64,000 nucleotides of DNA from positions 29,698,001 through 29,762,000 of the forward strand of contig NC_088857.1 of NCBI RefSeq assembly GCF_963853765.1, given 5' to 3'. The translations under genes were made by a program, and so were the position numbers. Positions 28,201 to 41,439 of this stretch are shown here, piece by piece. This DNA comes from Magallana gigas. Taxonomy: Eukaryota. A model generated the notes under the pieces. That model searched no databases. It was given only the letters and a program-made list of their open reading frames with translations, and was not told where the DNA came from. Numbering within the stretch: the first letter of the stretch is position 1; each line of letters begins with the position of its first letter.

Positions 28201-29682
28201 TGAGATGTGGGTATTTTCTTTTCCTTGAGACTTGATACAGATACGATCTGACATGGCTTCAACAGCTCCGAAAGCCTGCGACAAAGAAATTTATTCATGT
28301 TTCACTTCTCTTACATTATCAGACCATGTGAATTCAGTTTGTCAGATCTGTTCTTAAAATGTGTCCGTTATGAAACCGACTTTGTCTGACAGCAGCAGTG
28401 GAGGATTTTATATCTTGTATAAGTGTTACTTCAACAACAACAAATGTAATTGCTTGCACTCTTCATATACAAGTACACGACACTTGACAATACTTGTCTG
28501 CTATTTTAAAAACAGTTGCCAAAACCAATTCAAATTTATATATATACTTTTCTCTTTTATTTTTGTTTGAGATTTCCTGTTGACCCATGCCCTTAACTAA
28601 AGTGTTGATTACATATCCCTCCCCACCATTTCTAACAAATTACAGTAAAACACAGTTACAACAAAGAAGCTCATAAAGAATTAATTCATGCTAACAGCAA
28701 AGTCAATTTCACACTCCTAATTCTAAAACTGTATTATAAACTTATCAGATAATAAGAAACACTGTTATACTGAATCAGAATTGCTTTCTCAATGGTGTTT
28801 GAATATAACCATATTCAACTTTAGACTCTCTTATTTTCCTCTGTAATTGCAGTCTGACACTGTGGTGTTAAAAAACCCAACCCCTTCCAACAAACAAAAC
28901 TAAAGCCCCAATCATTCCTACCCAGCAGGATCCGCAGGCTCCCTGGTCTCTGACTTCCTTCAGGGTGGGGCAGTTAGGCCACTGTGTGCGGGAATCAAAG
29001 GTGGCGGGGAGGTCCTTCAGGGGCTCCATCTTCTTCTCTGGGAGCCTAAGCTCTGGGGGTGTGTTCAGATAGGTACCACACATCATCTTAACATGGGCTA
29101 GTCTGTCATCCTTGGCAATGTGATGGAAGTTTTGTCCTGCCTATTGATGACAAATGATATCGATAAATACCTATATAGGGTGTTGATACATATATTTAAA
29201 CCATATTAAAAATGAACATTTTATTTTTCATCATTATTTTTTTTTGTGTCAATAGCGTAGCCCAATGGAATAAAGAATTTACAGTTGCTGATCTGCAAGT
29301 CCCAAGTTCATAACCTGGAGGTTCTTTCAACAATTTCTAGATATTTTAAAATTGGATTTATGAGCAAGTATTGTACCGGTACATGCACAATTTGAAAATA
29401 AAGTTTTAAACATGTTGCACTTTTGTTTATACATGTATTTGTATCCCTAGGCATCCCAACCCACCTTAAATAATTAAATTTACCCAGGTAATTTTCTTTT
29501 TACTGCAGCTATTGAGGTTATATAATAAACAGAATCTTCATAATTACCTTCCATGTTGTGTTCATCTTGTTGATGAACCAGATCATCTCATCTGAAAGTG
29601 GCTCAAAGATGTCCTTGTCTCGGAACTCAACGAGCGCACTCATGGCGCCAGCCACAAGGGCACAAAGAACCAACACCTTCAT
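25252..29682 (-). CDS. CTSB: Cathepsin B precursor
   Basis: Eight coding exons: 29682-29548, 29140-28922, 28275-28160, 27137-27053, 26803-26656, 26355-26242, 25832-25704, 25331-25252. Signal peptide [15 protein letters not shown]; catalytic [19 protein letters not shown] and ANSWN; occluding loop CDHHV. Confidence 0.97.
25968..26141. mobile_element. Tc1/mariner (pogo-like) MITE in a cathepsin B intron
   Basis: TA|cagtaaaacacg ... cgtgttttactg|TA. A decayed relative starts near 28644. Confidence 0.85.
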
Positions 29683-31086
29683 TGTAACTGTCAACAGAAG
29701 GAAAAATATAACAATTGGTGGTTGCTGTACTAATAATTTTAGAATAGTGTAAACCAAGCATTATATGCATCATCTTTTATTTGTGAATCACGAGCTGATG
29801 ACCAATCCATGATTAATTCATTTCCATCAGCCAGTAGTGATTGTACAAGTCAGATGTATTATTTCATTTATGTCCTCCCATGTGCGACATCTGCATGGTC
29901 AGGAAAAATATCCGCAAGCAGAGTTTTTGCCGTGAATCATAGGAATATTTGTTCCATGTAAATAGTACTTAATTTTCACTTAATGTGACAAAGTAATTTT
30001 TTTTAAATTTTTTTGGCTAGACATTATTGATGTTTTTATTCACTAGCCAATGAACCTATACTACATTTATAGTTCATACATTAAGTGTATTGAATTTATT
30101 AGTTTAAGATTTGTTTAGCTCATGAAATAAAAAAATAGAATTTGGATAGTGTTATCTGTTTATTAACATTAAAAAGTGAAGGGCCTCATGGATGACATAT
30201 GTATTAAAGTTCTATATTAAATTGTCTGAAAAAATAAAAAATGAACATATATTTCAAATTCAAGTAAATAATATAAACCTTTGATCCTAGGGTTAAAGAA
30301 CTGAATGCATGAATATTATAAAAGTAGCAAATTAATTTCCATCAAACTGACAATTTTTAACATATAGTTGTAATTATGATGAATGGTTGATCTGGGGAAA
30401 ACAGCTGGTGATGTATGTACAGTACATTTTATCATGTTTTAATTGTTGTAGCTTATGAACTGGTAAATGCATATCTAGAACCAGGATTGTACTGCATTAA
30501 CATGAACATATGGAAGATTACATCTTATCACAAAAAAGCAATTGAGAAATGAAATAAATTCCTTAAAAATTCAATAACTTAATTAGTACATTTAGCAATA
30601 AACTTACAAACCACAATAAAAACATTCACAAAATAACCAGACGGAAGATCAAAATAAGGAAATAGAATGCTTTTCAAATAAATAAAGTCAGTGACGAAAA
30701 TTACTCTATACGTAATTGTTATTAATATATTTAATTTTTAATGATTTTTAATGAGTATCATTTACACGGAAGTTCAAAATGCATGCATGTGAATGTCAGC
30801 TTCAAGATCGTAATCATACAGCATTTAACACATGTTTAATCTTACGAGTTTTTAAAGCATCAATATCACTTTTTAAAAATGATCTAATTTCTTAAAAAGT
30901 GAAAGTAGAACATGGTCAAGCACAGAACACGCACATAAGGAACAAAAATTTGACTAAACTCTCCAATATGAGAAAGAATAGTATTACGTCTACGAATAAG
31001 AATTAATTCTGGTACAAATCAATGTTACATTACCTATATAGATTATTTCTTCCAACCTATAAATCAAATAAGTCGTTTATCCAGGC

Positions 31087-31154
31087 TTTATACAAACATT
31101 TATCACTGGTCACGGGTTTTAACAACAGGTCGGGTCATGTGACAGTCAGGTGAT
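31087..31154 (-). promoter_or_regulatory. Cathepsin B promoter: TATA box and CLEAR/M-box-like motifs
   Basis: Minus-strand TATAAA at 31087-31092, GTCATGTGAC at 31134-31143 and GTCAGGTGAT at 31145-31154. A candidate non-coding exon donor (tatatag|gtaatg, minus) lies near 31034. Confidence 0.55.
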
Positions 31155-31279
31155 AACACACGCGAAAAAAAAAAACCACAACTCAGTTATCTCGCTTGCA
31201 ACCGAGTCTGCTAACGCTGATCAATTTACATAATTATTTTATTTAAAGCAGGCCCAAAGCATGAATAAGATATAAAATA

Positions 31280-31280
<1 letters not shown>

Positions 31281-31311
<31 letters not shown>
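31281..31311. repeat. (AAC)n microsatellite
   Basis: Direct reading. Confidence 0.95.
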
Positions 31312-31312
<1 letters not shown>

Positions 31313-31549
31313 AACCACCCCAAACACCCATTGTTTATTCCATACCATTTGGTACAATTAACGAATTTTGAGGGTTCAAATTAAAAAAAAAATACATGTA
31401 ACCTACAGTAGTCAGTAGGCACCACATGTATAGATCAGATTACCCCCCCCCCCCCCCCCGAAATTTGTAGCGTCTAACACTTATGTCATTACACTGTATA
31501 TATATGACGCGCCAATTTATTCATAAAAATGAGCTAAAAAGATTAAATA

Positions 31550-32419
31550 TGGCCAGAAATTAGTCCTGACTTTTACATATTTTCATTTGTAACCGGTAAC
31601 AATTAAGACACTGTATGTTTTCTGGTGACAAAAGTACTAACATAACCTAAAACAAAACTGTTAATTTTCTTTCCGCTGGATGGTTTACTTTAACCCAGTA
31701 ACAATGTTTACAACTATATTCTATTGGTGACGAAAGGTAACAGAGGTGACGAGCCTTTTTTCTGTTTAGCTGGGGTTCTTATTTTATCTGGTTACAATTC
31801 ATGGTTACAATGGTTACAACTATATATTCTATAGGTAACATAGGTGACAAGCCTTTTTCTGTTTAGCAGGGGATCGTATTTTACTTGGTTACAATGGTAA
31901 CAGCTATAATCTATTGGTGAAAAGAAGAAACAGAGGTCACGAACCCTTTTCTGTTTAGCTGGGGTTCTTATTTTATTTGGTTACAATCATGGTTACAATG
32001 GTTACAGCTATATTCTATAGGTAACATAGGTGACGAGCCTTTCAGTCTGTTTAGCTGGGGTTCTTATTTTATTTGGTTACAATGGGTACAATGGTTACAG
32101 CAATATATTCTCTTAATTGGTGACATAGAGCAACAGTGGTGACAGTCATGTTCATGATTTACAGGGGGTCTTTTTTTATTTGCTTACATTGGTAACATTA
32201 TTCACAATGGTTACCCTAACCCTAATCCTAAAGTAACCCTAATCCTAACCCTAACCCAAACATAACCCTATTTTGAAACAATGTTACCAGTAACCACTGT
32301 AACCTGTCACATGTACATCAAAGTTTGAAAATTATTCATAATCAAGCATTGTTACTGATATAACCAATGTTACTGGTTACAAATAGAAAGGGGTAAAAGT
32401 CAGGACTAATTTCTGGCCA
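31550..32419. mobile_element. Non-autonomous TIR element (about 870 bp) with internal tandem subrepeats
   Basis: Perfect inverted ends atatggccagaaattagtcctgacttttac (31547-31576) / gtaaaagtcaggactaatttctggccatat (32393-32422), with TA flanks. The interior has repeated tggttacaatggttaca / ctgtttagctggggttcttatttta units and (ccctaa)-like repeats. Confidence 0.9.
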
Positions 32420-32464
32420 TATATGAAAAAGATTTATCGACCGTAAATGATAGTTTACGGACCG

Positions 32465-32525
32465 ACATTGCAGAAAAAATACATAACCCGCGTCATTAGC
32501 GGGTTATGTAAATTTTTCCTGCAAT
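32465..32525. repeat. Hairpin core of a palindromic element
   Basis: cattgcagaaaaaatacataacccgc-gtcatta-gcgggttatgtaaatttttcctgcaatg. Confidence 0.65.
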
Positions 32526-33265
32526 GATCGCTACCTTCATAACCAAAATGAATCATCAAAGGAAACATGTTATTGTTTATAATTTACATCTTTCTTTTAA
32601 CAAATAAATAAATTAATTGTAAAAAGTAAATAGAATTCACTAAATTACAGTAACTGTTAATGTACGTCAGTACGTTAGCTAAAAGAAACAACCAAATTGT
32701 CTCGTTTGAAATACAATGGTTAATGACATTAAATCAAAAATATTTTTATAGAAATTCCTTCGATAAGTAATGTATTTTTCAGTTCTTGCTACATGTTCAA
32801 AGAAAATATTTCATCATACTTCCCTGTAAAGAATTATGTGCTTATTTGTCAATTAAGAACAAAAAATCTGACTTATGAAAGACAACCCTTTATTTGTTCT
32901 CCTCATATCTATTCACATCTGAACAGAACGCCAAACAAAATCTATAATAAACCCAATGTTTATCTAGTAGCTTTAGCAATTTTCTTTTCATTCTAACTTC
33001 CTAGTCATAATCATACGCTCACCGTACTGTTTTTAATTTGCCACGTATACTTTAACTTTCCCTGTTTATTTTTTAAACAAACTGTGAATATAACTTGTCA
33101 ATCAATGACAATTAATTACTTACAATTATTTAGTATGATTTTTTGTTCAGCATGAGTAAGCGTTATGCTACTGAAAGCTATACAACATTCTGTTTAAGTC
33201 ACAACACGTATTTCTCTCGAATGGTATTACTATTTATTACCATTTTGCATATTACAGATCTAGAG

Positions 33266-36200
33266 ATGTTGTCATTACTTTGGTGTTTGGAATTTTTTAC
33301 CATATCGTATGCGTATGGTAAGTAAACTTTTTATAATTAAAGGAGCTATATTTAACAAACTAAAGAAAAATTAATTAGACATGACGGAAATAAACATACA
33401 GCATATATTTTGAGATTTATTTATTGCAACAAAAAACACAAGGAATTAATTAAAACGTTTCTTATTATTCTCAAGAAATATATGTATAAATATAACATAT
33501 GCATTCATTCATTTTCTAAAATCATTGATCAACTATCAAGCAGAAATAAACTACCTCTGTTTATTTAGAACACTTATCCATCACACACATTACATACCAT
33601 GCTTCTGATATACATGTACATATGTACATTTAATTTATTCTGTCTACACAGTTAATATCGCCCTCAACAAACCAGCATACCAGCAGTACCTATTCGACTC
33701 ATGGAACAACGTTTTTAACGCTCGTAATGCCGTAGATGGACAAAAATCTAACCTTACTTGGCAAGCTGGTCAATGTGCAATATCAGCAGATAATAAACAG
33801 ACCGCCACCTGGTGGGTGAATCTGACCAGCATACACAGCATCCATCACATCACTATCTACTTCAGAACGGACAATTTTGAATGGAGTACGTATAAGTAAC
33901 GCTTATGTGTCATAACTTAGACTGATATTTCTTTTCATACCATTAACAATTCAATCAATATATGTACTGTGTAACTTTTATTATCTATAATTACTATTAT
34001 TTTGTTCAGATGCAGCAAATGACCACACAGGTAGAGTTCTTGGATTTTCGTTGTATGTATCCAATACAACTGACATATTACATGGAACACTGTGTTACAA
34101 GGACGACAACTTTACAAGAGATACCCTACCTGATGTCTTCACCGCCACCTGTCCTGTACGTGGACAGTACGTAATCTACTACAACGAGAGACTGCCAGGA
34201 ATTACATATCCTGACGGGTACTCGAATTATGCTTACAATGACCTCTGTGAAGTTGAGGTTTACGGTAAGTCCCGATGCACTAACACCCAGCAATTAACCA
34301 ATGAGTATGCGTGTTAATGTTTTTCGGAGCATTGAAGATAAGTTAAGATGTACATGAATAAAATAAAAAACAACAATGCCAATGTATGCAAGTTAAAAGA
34401 TGCAGCATTAAAAAAAAATAGCATTTACACAACCACTAAAATGCCTTGAAATATAAAGCAAGCAGAAAATATCAAAAACGTTCATTGAAGAAGAAGAAAA
34501 CTTTCAACGTAAAAAAATAACCAACCAAAACTATTTATCATATCAAGATAGAATTGACTTAAAATGTGACTCGTTTCTCTTACCTCATGTCTAACTTGTA
34601 AATGCCATCATACATTTATTTCAGGATGCCCCATACAAGGGTTCTTTAGATCAAACTGTTCATATTCCTGTCCAGATGTTAACTGCCGTTTTTGTGAAAT
34701 AGAAACAGGAATCTGTCATGGTTGTGGGCCAGGGTTTCAGGGTCATCGCTGTAAATTTGGTACTTTTATCTTTCTAAAAAATTCGATTTTCTGTAACTGT
34801 CATAATATCATTGACATTTGATGTTAAAAAGTTTTGCGAATATCTTAAACATTTTCTTTTCGACAATGTTTTCTGTGGTGAAGTAACGTGTACAAAAATG
34901 TGCTCTTTTTAGCACCAACGCACAGGCGTCAAACTAGCTGTTTCAGAAAAAAAAAATACGCCATATACATGTGTTTTTTGACAACAATTAGATTAAAAGA
35001 TATAGTATAGTCAATAATATATAAATAGATAAAATTAATATAGTAATATATAGTAGGTCACGGTCGGATTCACAGACTACTTTTACATTCACCAGTATGA
35101 CTATCCCAATATTGCCACGTAATAATAAAGATACTTTCATTTTTTAGGTTACTACTGTTTGTTTACTATGATATGTATTTTTGTTTTGTTTATGTTATGT
35201 TAAGAAATAACCAGTCTATAAATGATACTGATGAATCCCTCGGGTTTCTTTTCATGAAGTATTTCTTTTGAAAGTTCAGGATGTAGTAAATTAAAGGTAC
35301 ATCAAATAAATGATGACGTCATAATGGTTCTAGACACTCTGGAATTTGCTAGATCTTGACCTTAAAGTGACCATCATGATAGTTACATTTTTTTGTTCAC
35401 AGAATGCAGCGACGGTATGTTTGGAGAGTTGTGCCAAAACAAGTGTGGACATTGTGCAAATTTATCACAGTGTGACAAGATTAATGGCACATGTCAAAAT
35501 GGATGTCAACCAGGATACAAATCGGATTTTTGCAATCAATGTAATTAAAGAGACACCTAGAAATGATTTCATATCAATTTAAAAAAAATGTATAAAAGGG
35601 TTTAATCGTGCATTTTGAATGATTGACCAATATTAGAATGTTAGAAGTCAAATTACAACCGAGGTACAGAGTTATGTATGTAAAGCTCGTTTACATGTTT
35701 CCAAATAATGTAAAGTAAGGGAATAACCATTGATTTGAACATATTTTATTGTGTAAGTAACACAAAAGGATCGGAAACAAGTTCTTACAACTTACAAGTT
35801 CCTCTCCTAATGATAATACAATAACCATTTCTTTGACAATGTGACTTGTGGTACAAAAGATGAATGATTCAATATATTTACATTCTACTGTGTTTTTCCA
35901 TTAAATTCCGTGATGTTTAAATGCCTCTAAATGCAACAAGTAGTCAAAGGTCAAATTGACGAGTTTTATTATGACGTCACAAACGTTGAACGCTGTAAAC
36001 TGCAACGTCACAAGCGAAAATCAAAGTTCACGCTTGTGGCTGTTACTGTGGCTCTTCCATTAATATTAACTTACCCTTAGGATAAGATAGAAATTTTAAG
36101 GTATGAATCACATTTGCAGACAAGGCAAGAAGTTAAAAAAAATGTAAATATAAGCATTGAATCATGATTTTTTGAAGTATACACTCTCATAACTGCAGCG

Positions 36201-39200
36201 ATGTGTGCATACAAATTTTCATAACGCGCTAACGCGCGTTACTCAATTTGTATGCACACACCGCTGCAGTTATGAGAGTGTATACTTCAAAAAATCATGA
36301 TTCAATGCTATAATAATGTGTTCATAAACAAAATTTTTTATCAACAAAAATGCAACACTTAATTTAAACTTAAAACCAATACAACACATATATAAACAAT
36401 AACAAGACTCGAGCTTTGTTTACAAAATGAAAAACTCAAACTGTATATTGCTGTATATAACTCAATATTTGACTTTCAGATGTTGTCGAAGCATTCAGAA
36501 TACCCACATTAACGTTTTTAGACATTGAAAATAGAAAATTAATTTAAAATTGGAATATTCTGAGCTCAAATCGTGTCTATGCCCCTTTAATTTTCAGATG
36601 ATAATTCTATTATGTATTTAATGACTCAAAATCAAATAATTATATGATGCTTTATTTTATTTTTATATNNNNNNNNNNNNNNNNNNNNNNNNNNNNNNNN
36701 NNNNNNNNNNNNNNNNNNNNNNNNNNNNNNNNNNNNNNNNNNNNNNNNNNNNNNNNNNNNNNNNNNNNNNNNNNNNNNNNNNNNNNNNNNNNNNNNNCCC
36801 GGTTAACCGGGTACTCGATCGAACGTCCGAGTATCGAATACTAAAATCGGTACTCGCTTACTCGGATGTATATTTTTTAATATTTCTAAGTTTATTTAAT
36901 AATGCATTAAAACATCGGTTTTAAAACTTAAAATGTCCACTGCACTTGTACATACAGTAATTAGGATTTCCTACGCCTCTAAATATGCTAAATGACCGTT
37001 ATCGCCTGTGGCAGTGTTTATATAGTAATTATCGTGACCAAGCACCTGTTACCTAGTTTTTCTCACCTTTGACTGTCTTCTACCCTTATTTTTGGCTTAC
37101 TTTAATGATTTGTTTTCACTGAACATCGTTTATATAGTCTATTATATAAATTAGATAGCACACAGTAGAGAAATTGAACAGACAATGCCGCAACCGACTT
37201 CAAAGGTCTGGAAATATTTCCAAAGAACTGAAGATTCAAAAAACGTAAAATGTCAGCTGTGCGAAGTAAACTTATCCTATACGGGGGAAACGACAAACAT
37301 GTTAAATCACATTCGTCTTAAACATAAGGAGGAATTTGACAGTCCAGAAACTCCAGAAAAACAAAAACTCATAATTCTTTCAACAGAAACACACTTACGG
37401 GGCAACCTCCCATTAGATCATGTCGTTTTATTTCTACAAAAGTGACCAAGGTTTTACAGTTATCAATGTACTTGTTCATATTTATTTACACTTTTGCCGA
37501 GTACCCGGGTACTCGATCGGAAAAACGTCCGAGTAACCGAGTACTAAAAATTGNNNNNNNNNNNNNNNNNNNNNNNNNNNNNNNNNNNNNNNNNNNNNNN
37601 NNNNNNNNNNNNNNNNNNNNNNNNNNNNNNNNNNNNNNNNNNNNNNNNNNNNNNNNNNNNNNNNNNNNNNNNNNNNNNNNNTAAATTGGTGTATATTTCT
37701 TAATTTTTGTAATTTGAAGTTTTGCAATTGTATTTTTAAGCTTGTACCGATAGAATGTATGGAACCAATTGCAATCATTCCTGTGGAAAATGTTTCGAGT
37801 CGGAACAATGTCATCACATTACCGGATATTGTATGAATGGGTGTAAAAGCGGATACCAGAGTTTAAAATGCACGGAAGGTTAGAAAATACCAGAGTTTAA
37901 AATGCACGGAAGGTTAGAAAATACCAGAGTTTAAAATGCACAGAAGGTTAGAAAATACCAGAGTTTAAAATGCACGGAAGGTTAGAAAATACTAGAGTTT
38001 AAAATGCACGGAAGGTTAGAAAATCATTTTGAAAAATCCAGTTTCGGTATTTAATTTTTAGACTGAACAAATCAGTCGATTGCAATTGTTTGTTATTCAG
38101 AATGCGATGATAATTACTTTGGGATTAACTGTTTACAACAATGTGACAGTAAATGTAATGGCTGCAACAAAACAACAGGAACATGTGATAACGGATGCCA
38201 ACCAGGCTGGGTAGGGGCATCATGTCAAAAAGGTAAACTATGCTTTCAGCAAAATTGTTATCTGTTTGTGTAGGCACTTTAAACCGAAGCTTTGTCTTTA
38301 CTAATCATGTATTTCAGATATGTTAACAAATCTCGAAGTCTGTTTTGTATATCCAATATAGAGATCTTTAAATTGCATGATATAATATTTTTGTACATGA
38401 TTTGTTTTAATAGTCCTCCTCTTAAAATGGTACATTTTTGTAAGGCTTTTGAAAGTCTGTTTTGTATCGCCAACAAAAGGTGAACTTTAAATTGCATGCA
38501 ATCATATTTTGGAAGTTAATGAAAGATGTTTTTTTTTTTACACCAAATCTACAACTGAAATACCACCTATGCATTACACAGACAATAATGTCACTGATAA
38601 GTTTGCATTCTCAGATAATGATAAGATTAAACTCTTAAATTCATACTTTAGTTCAATTTCTAATTTAGATAATAACAATAAGGACTTACCTGTTTTGCAA
38701 CACAAGTGTTCAGACAATTTTTCAAACTTTGTCATTCAAGAACACGAAGTTGTTGACATTTTGTCAGTATTTCCTGTAAAGAAAGCAGTAGACCCTGACA
38801 GTATAAGTCACAAAATGCTCAAATCCTGCAAAGAAACTATTTCAAAACCTTTGTGTCTTCTATTCAACAAATCACTAACATCTAAGACTTTTCCTGACTG
38901 CTGTAAATTGGCACATGTAATTCCTTTTTTTAAGAAAGATGACCCATCTATCACATCAAACTACTGACCTGTGTCATTGCTGAGTTGTATTAGTAAAATT
39001 TTTGAGAGAATCTTGTTTAAACATCTATGCAATTTTTTACACGCCAACAACTTATTTTATAAATATCAGGCTGGTTTTTTGCCAGGACATTCAACTGTTT
39101 ACCAACTTTTAGAAACATATCACTCTATTGTGAAAAGTATTGATGATGGTAATTACTGCTGTATGATCTTTTGTGATCTTTCAAAAGCCTTCGACAGGGT

Positions 39201-41399
39201 CTGGCATAAGTGTCACATTCATAAACTTAAATCATATGGAGTCTCAGGACCAATTCTTGAATGGTTTATTAACTACTTAAGTAATAGAACACAGAAGGTT
39301 ATGTATAAAAACAAACTCCCCTCCAGCCAATTCATAAATGCAGGTGTTCCCCAGGGCTCTGTTCTTGGCCCATTATTGTTTTTACTCTATGTAAATGGTG
39401 TGGCTGAAAACATGAGATCAATATGTAGACTCTATGCTGATGATAGTTCATTACAACAGTGTTCAAACAATATTTCTGTCATAGAAGATAATCTTGATTA
39501 TGATCTTCATGTACTTAAGGAATGGTCAAAACAATGGCTTCTAGAATTTAATCCACAAAAAACAAAAGTTGTATTCTTTAGTTTTAAAAATGTTGAAAAA
39601 TTTCCTAATTCGTTATTTGATGATTGTACCTTGGAATATGTTTCACAACACAAGCATCTAGGAGTATTGTTATCTTCAAATTTAAGTTGGTCTAATCACA
39701 TAGACAACGTTGTTAAAAAAGCTTACAAACAACTTGGTCTACTTAAAAAACTTAAATTTACTGTATCTAGGGATATTTTAACACAAATGTATGTATCATT
39801 TATAAGACCACAACTAGAATATGCTGTTGAAGTTTGGTCTGGATGTACCCAATTTGATATGGATAAGCTTGAAAAGGTTCAACTATATGCAGCAAGAATA
39901 GTTTCAGGTCTTTCAGTCATAGCTTCAAGAAATTCTCTATATTTGGAAACAGGATGGGAACCATTAATAATGAGACGAGACCGCCTTAAATTATCTACTA
40001 TGTTCAAAATTCATAACAATCTTGTTCCTTCTAATCTAAAAAACATAACTCCTGAAATTAGAAAGGTCACTTCCAACTATAATACTAGAAACTCCTCAAA
40101 CTATTCTTTGCCTAGATGTAGATTAGAAGCTTTTTACAAGTCATTCTTTCCTGACACTATTCGTAAGTGGAATAGTCTGAATAATAATACCAAGGAAGCT
40201 ACTTCGTTAAATATTTTTAAGAAATCACTACAGAGCAATTATACAAAACCTCCTAAGTATTTTTCTTTTGGTAAACGATTCTTAAATATCATTCATACGA
40301 AATTAAGGCACAATTGTGTTCTCAATTGTGATCTTTATCGGTGTAACATAATAGCCAACCCAATGTGTTCATGTGGAAGTTTAGAAGATGCACATCACTT
40401 GTTCTTCGTTTGTCAAAAATATTCATTATTAAGACAATCATTTATGTATAATCGTTTATCACTGAACTTCTTGAATATAATTGATGTACATTTGTTACTT
40501 TGGGGTGACAAAACTTTATCTTATGATGAAAACAACAAAGAAGTGGATATATTTATACAAAAGTGTGGTAGATTTATCTAAGTTTTTAAATTATTTGCAT
40601 AACTTTCTTCTCCATCCTAATTCTAATTCTAGATTTAAAACTAAGGATTTATTTGTATTTCATTAAATGTTCTATAACTGTTATAAATGTTAACTGACAT
40701 TGTATGGCATTGTATGGCACTGTAAAATGTTATGTACAAGGAGAGGACATTCTAAGTTTTTGGAACTTGTGTCCAATCCTTTTGGCATTATCAATAAAAT
40801 ATGTTCAACTCAACTCATATTTTGGTACATGATATGTTTTTGTTTGAATGTTTAATTTTTCTTTGTAGAGTGCAGTCCTGGATTTTATGGAGACAATTGT
40901 ACCGGTAAGTGCAGTCACTGTTTGAACAGCACGACGTGTGACCACGTGACTGGAGTGTGTTTTGAGAGATGTGAACCTGGATACAGAGGACCGACCTGTG
41001 ACACGGGTAAAGTCTCTTGATTATTGATATACTATTTAAGTATATATTGCGAGACCTTGCCTCCATGAGATTGATTAACCCGATATATTACTGTAGTCAG
41101 TCAGAAACACACTTACAAACTGAAGTGTTTTGTTTTCACTATCAAGTGAAACATTAGTTCACAAAAAGTGATGATCTGTGCAAAGCCATGTAAAAGTGAC
41201 CTTACATCTTGTCCAACTTATATATTGTGTAAAGAATAATAATTTTAGTGGTGCCTGTGTAAATTGCAATTAAAATTAAAGGTCTTTATATGAAGATCGT
41301 TGTTACACGGGATAGAAAAGAGAGATAATATATCATTGTTCGTGAATATCTAAAGAGCAAAAAATAAATTATTCAACATGTTCAAAGAATCTTTTCATT

Positions 41400-41439
<40 letters not shown>

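Noticed and set aside
32213-32269. Telomere or chromosome fusion site
   Set aside because: Short, degenerate and enclosed within a TIR element.
37855-38024. 34-bp direct repeats as a CRISPR array
   Set aside because: The units are contiguous with no unique spacers, in a eukaryotic exon/intron context with no cas genes.
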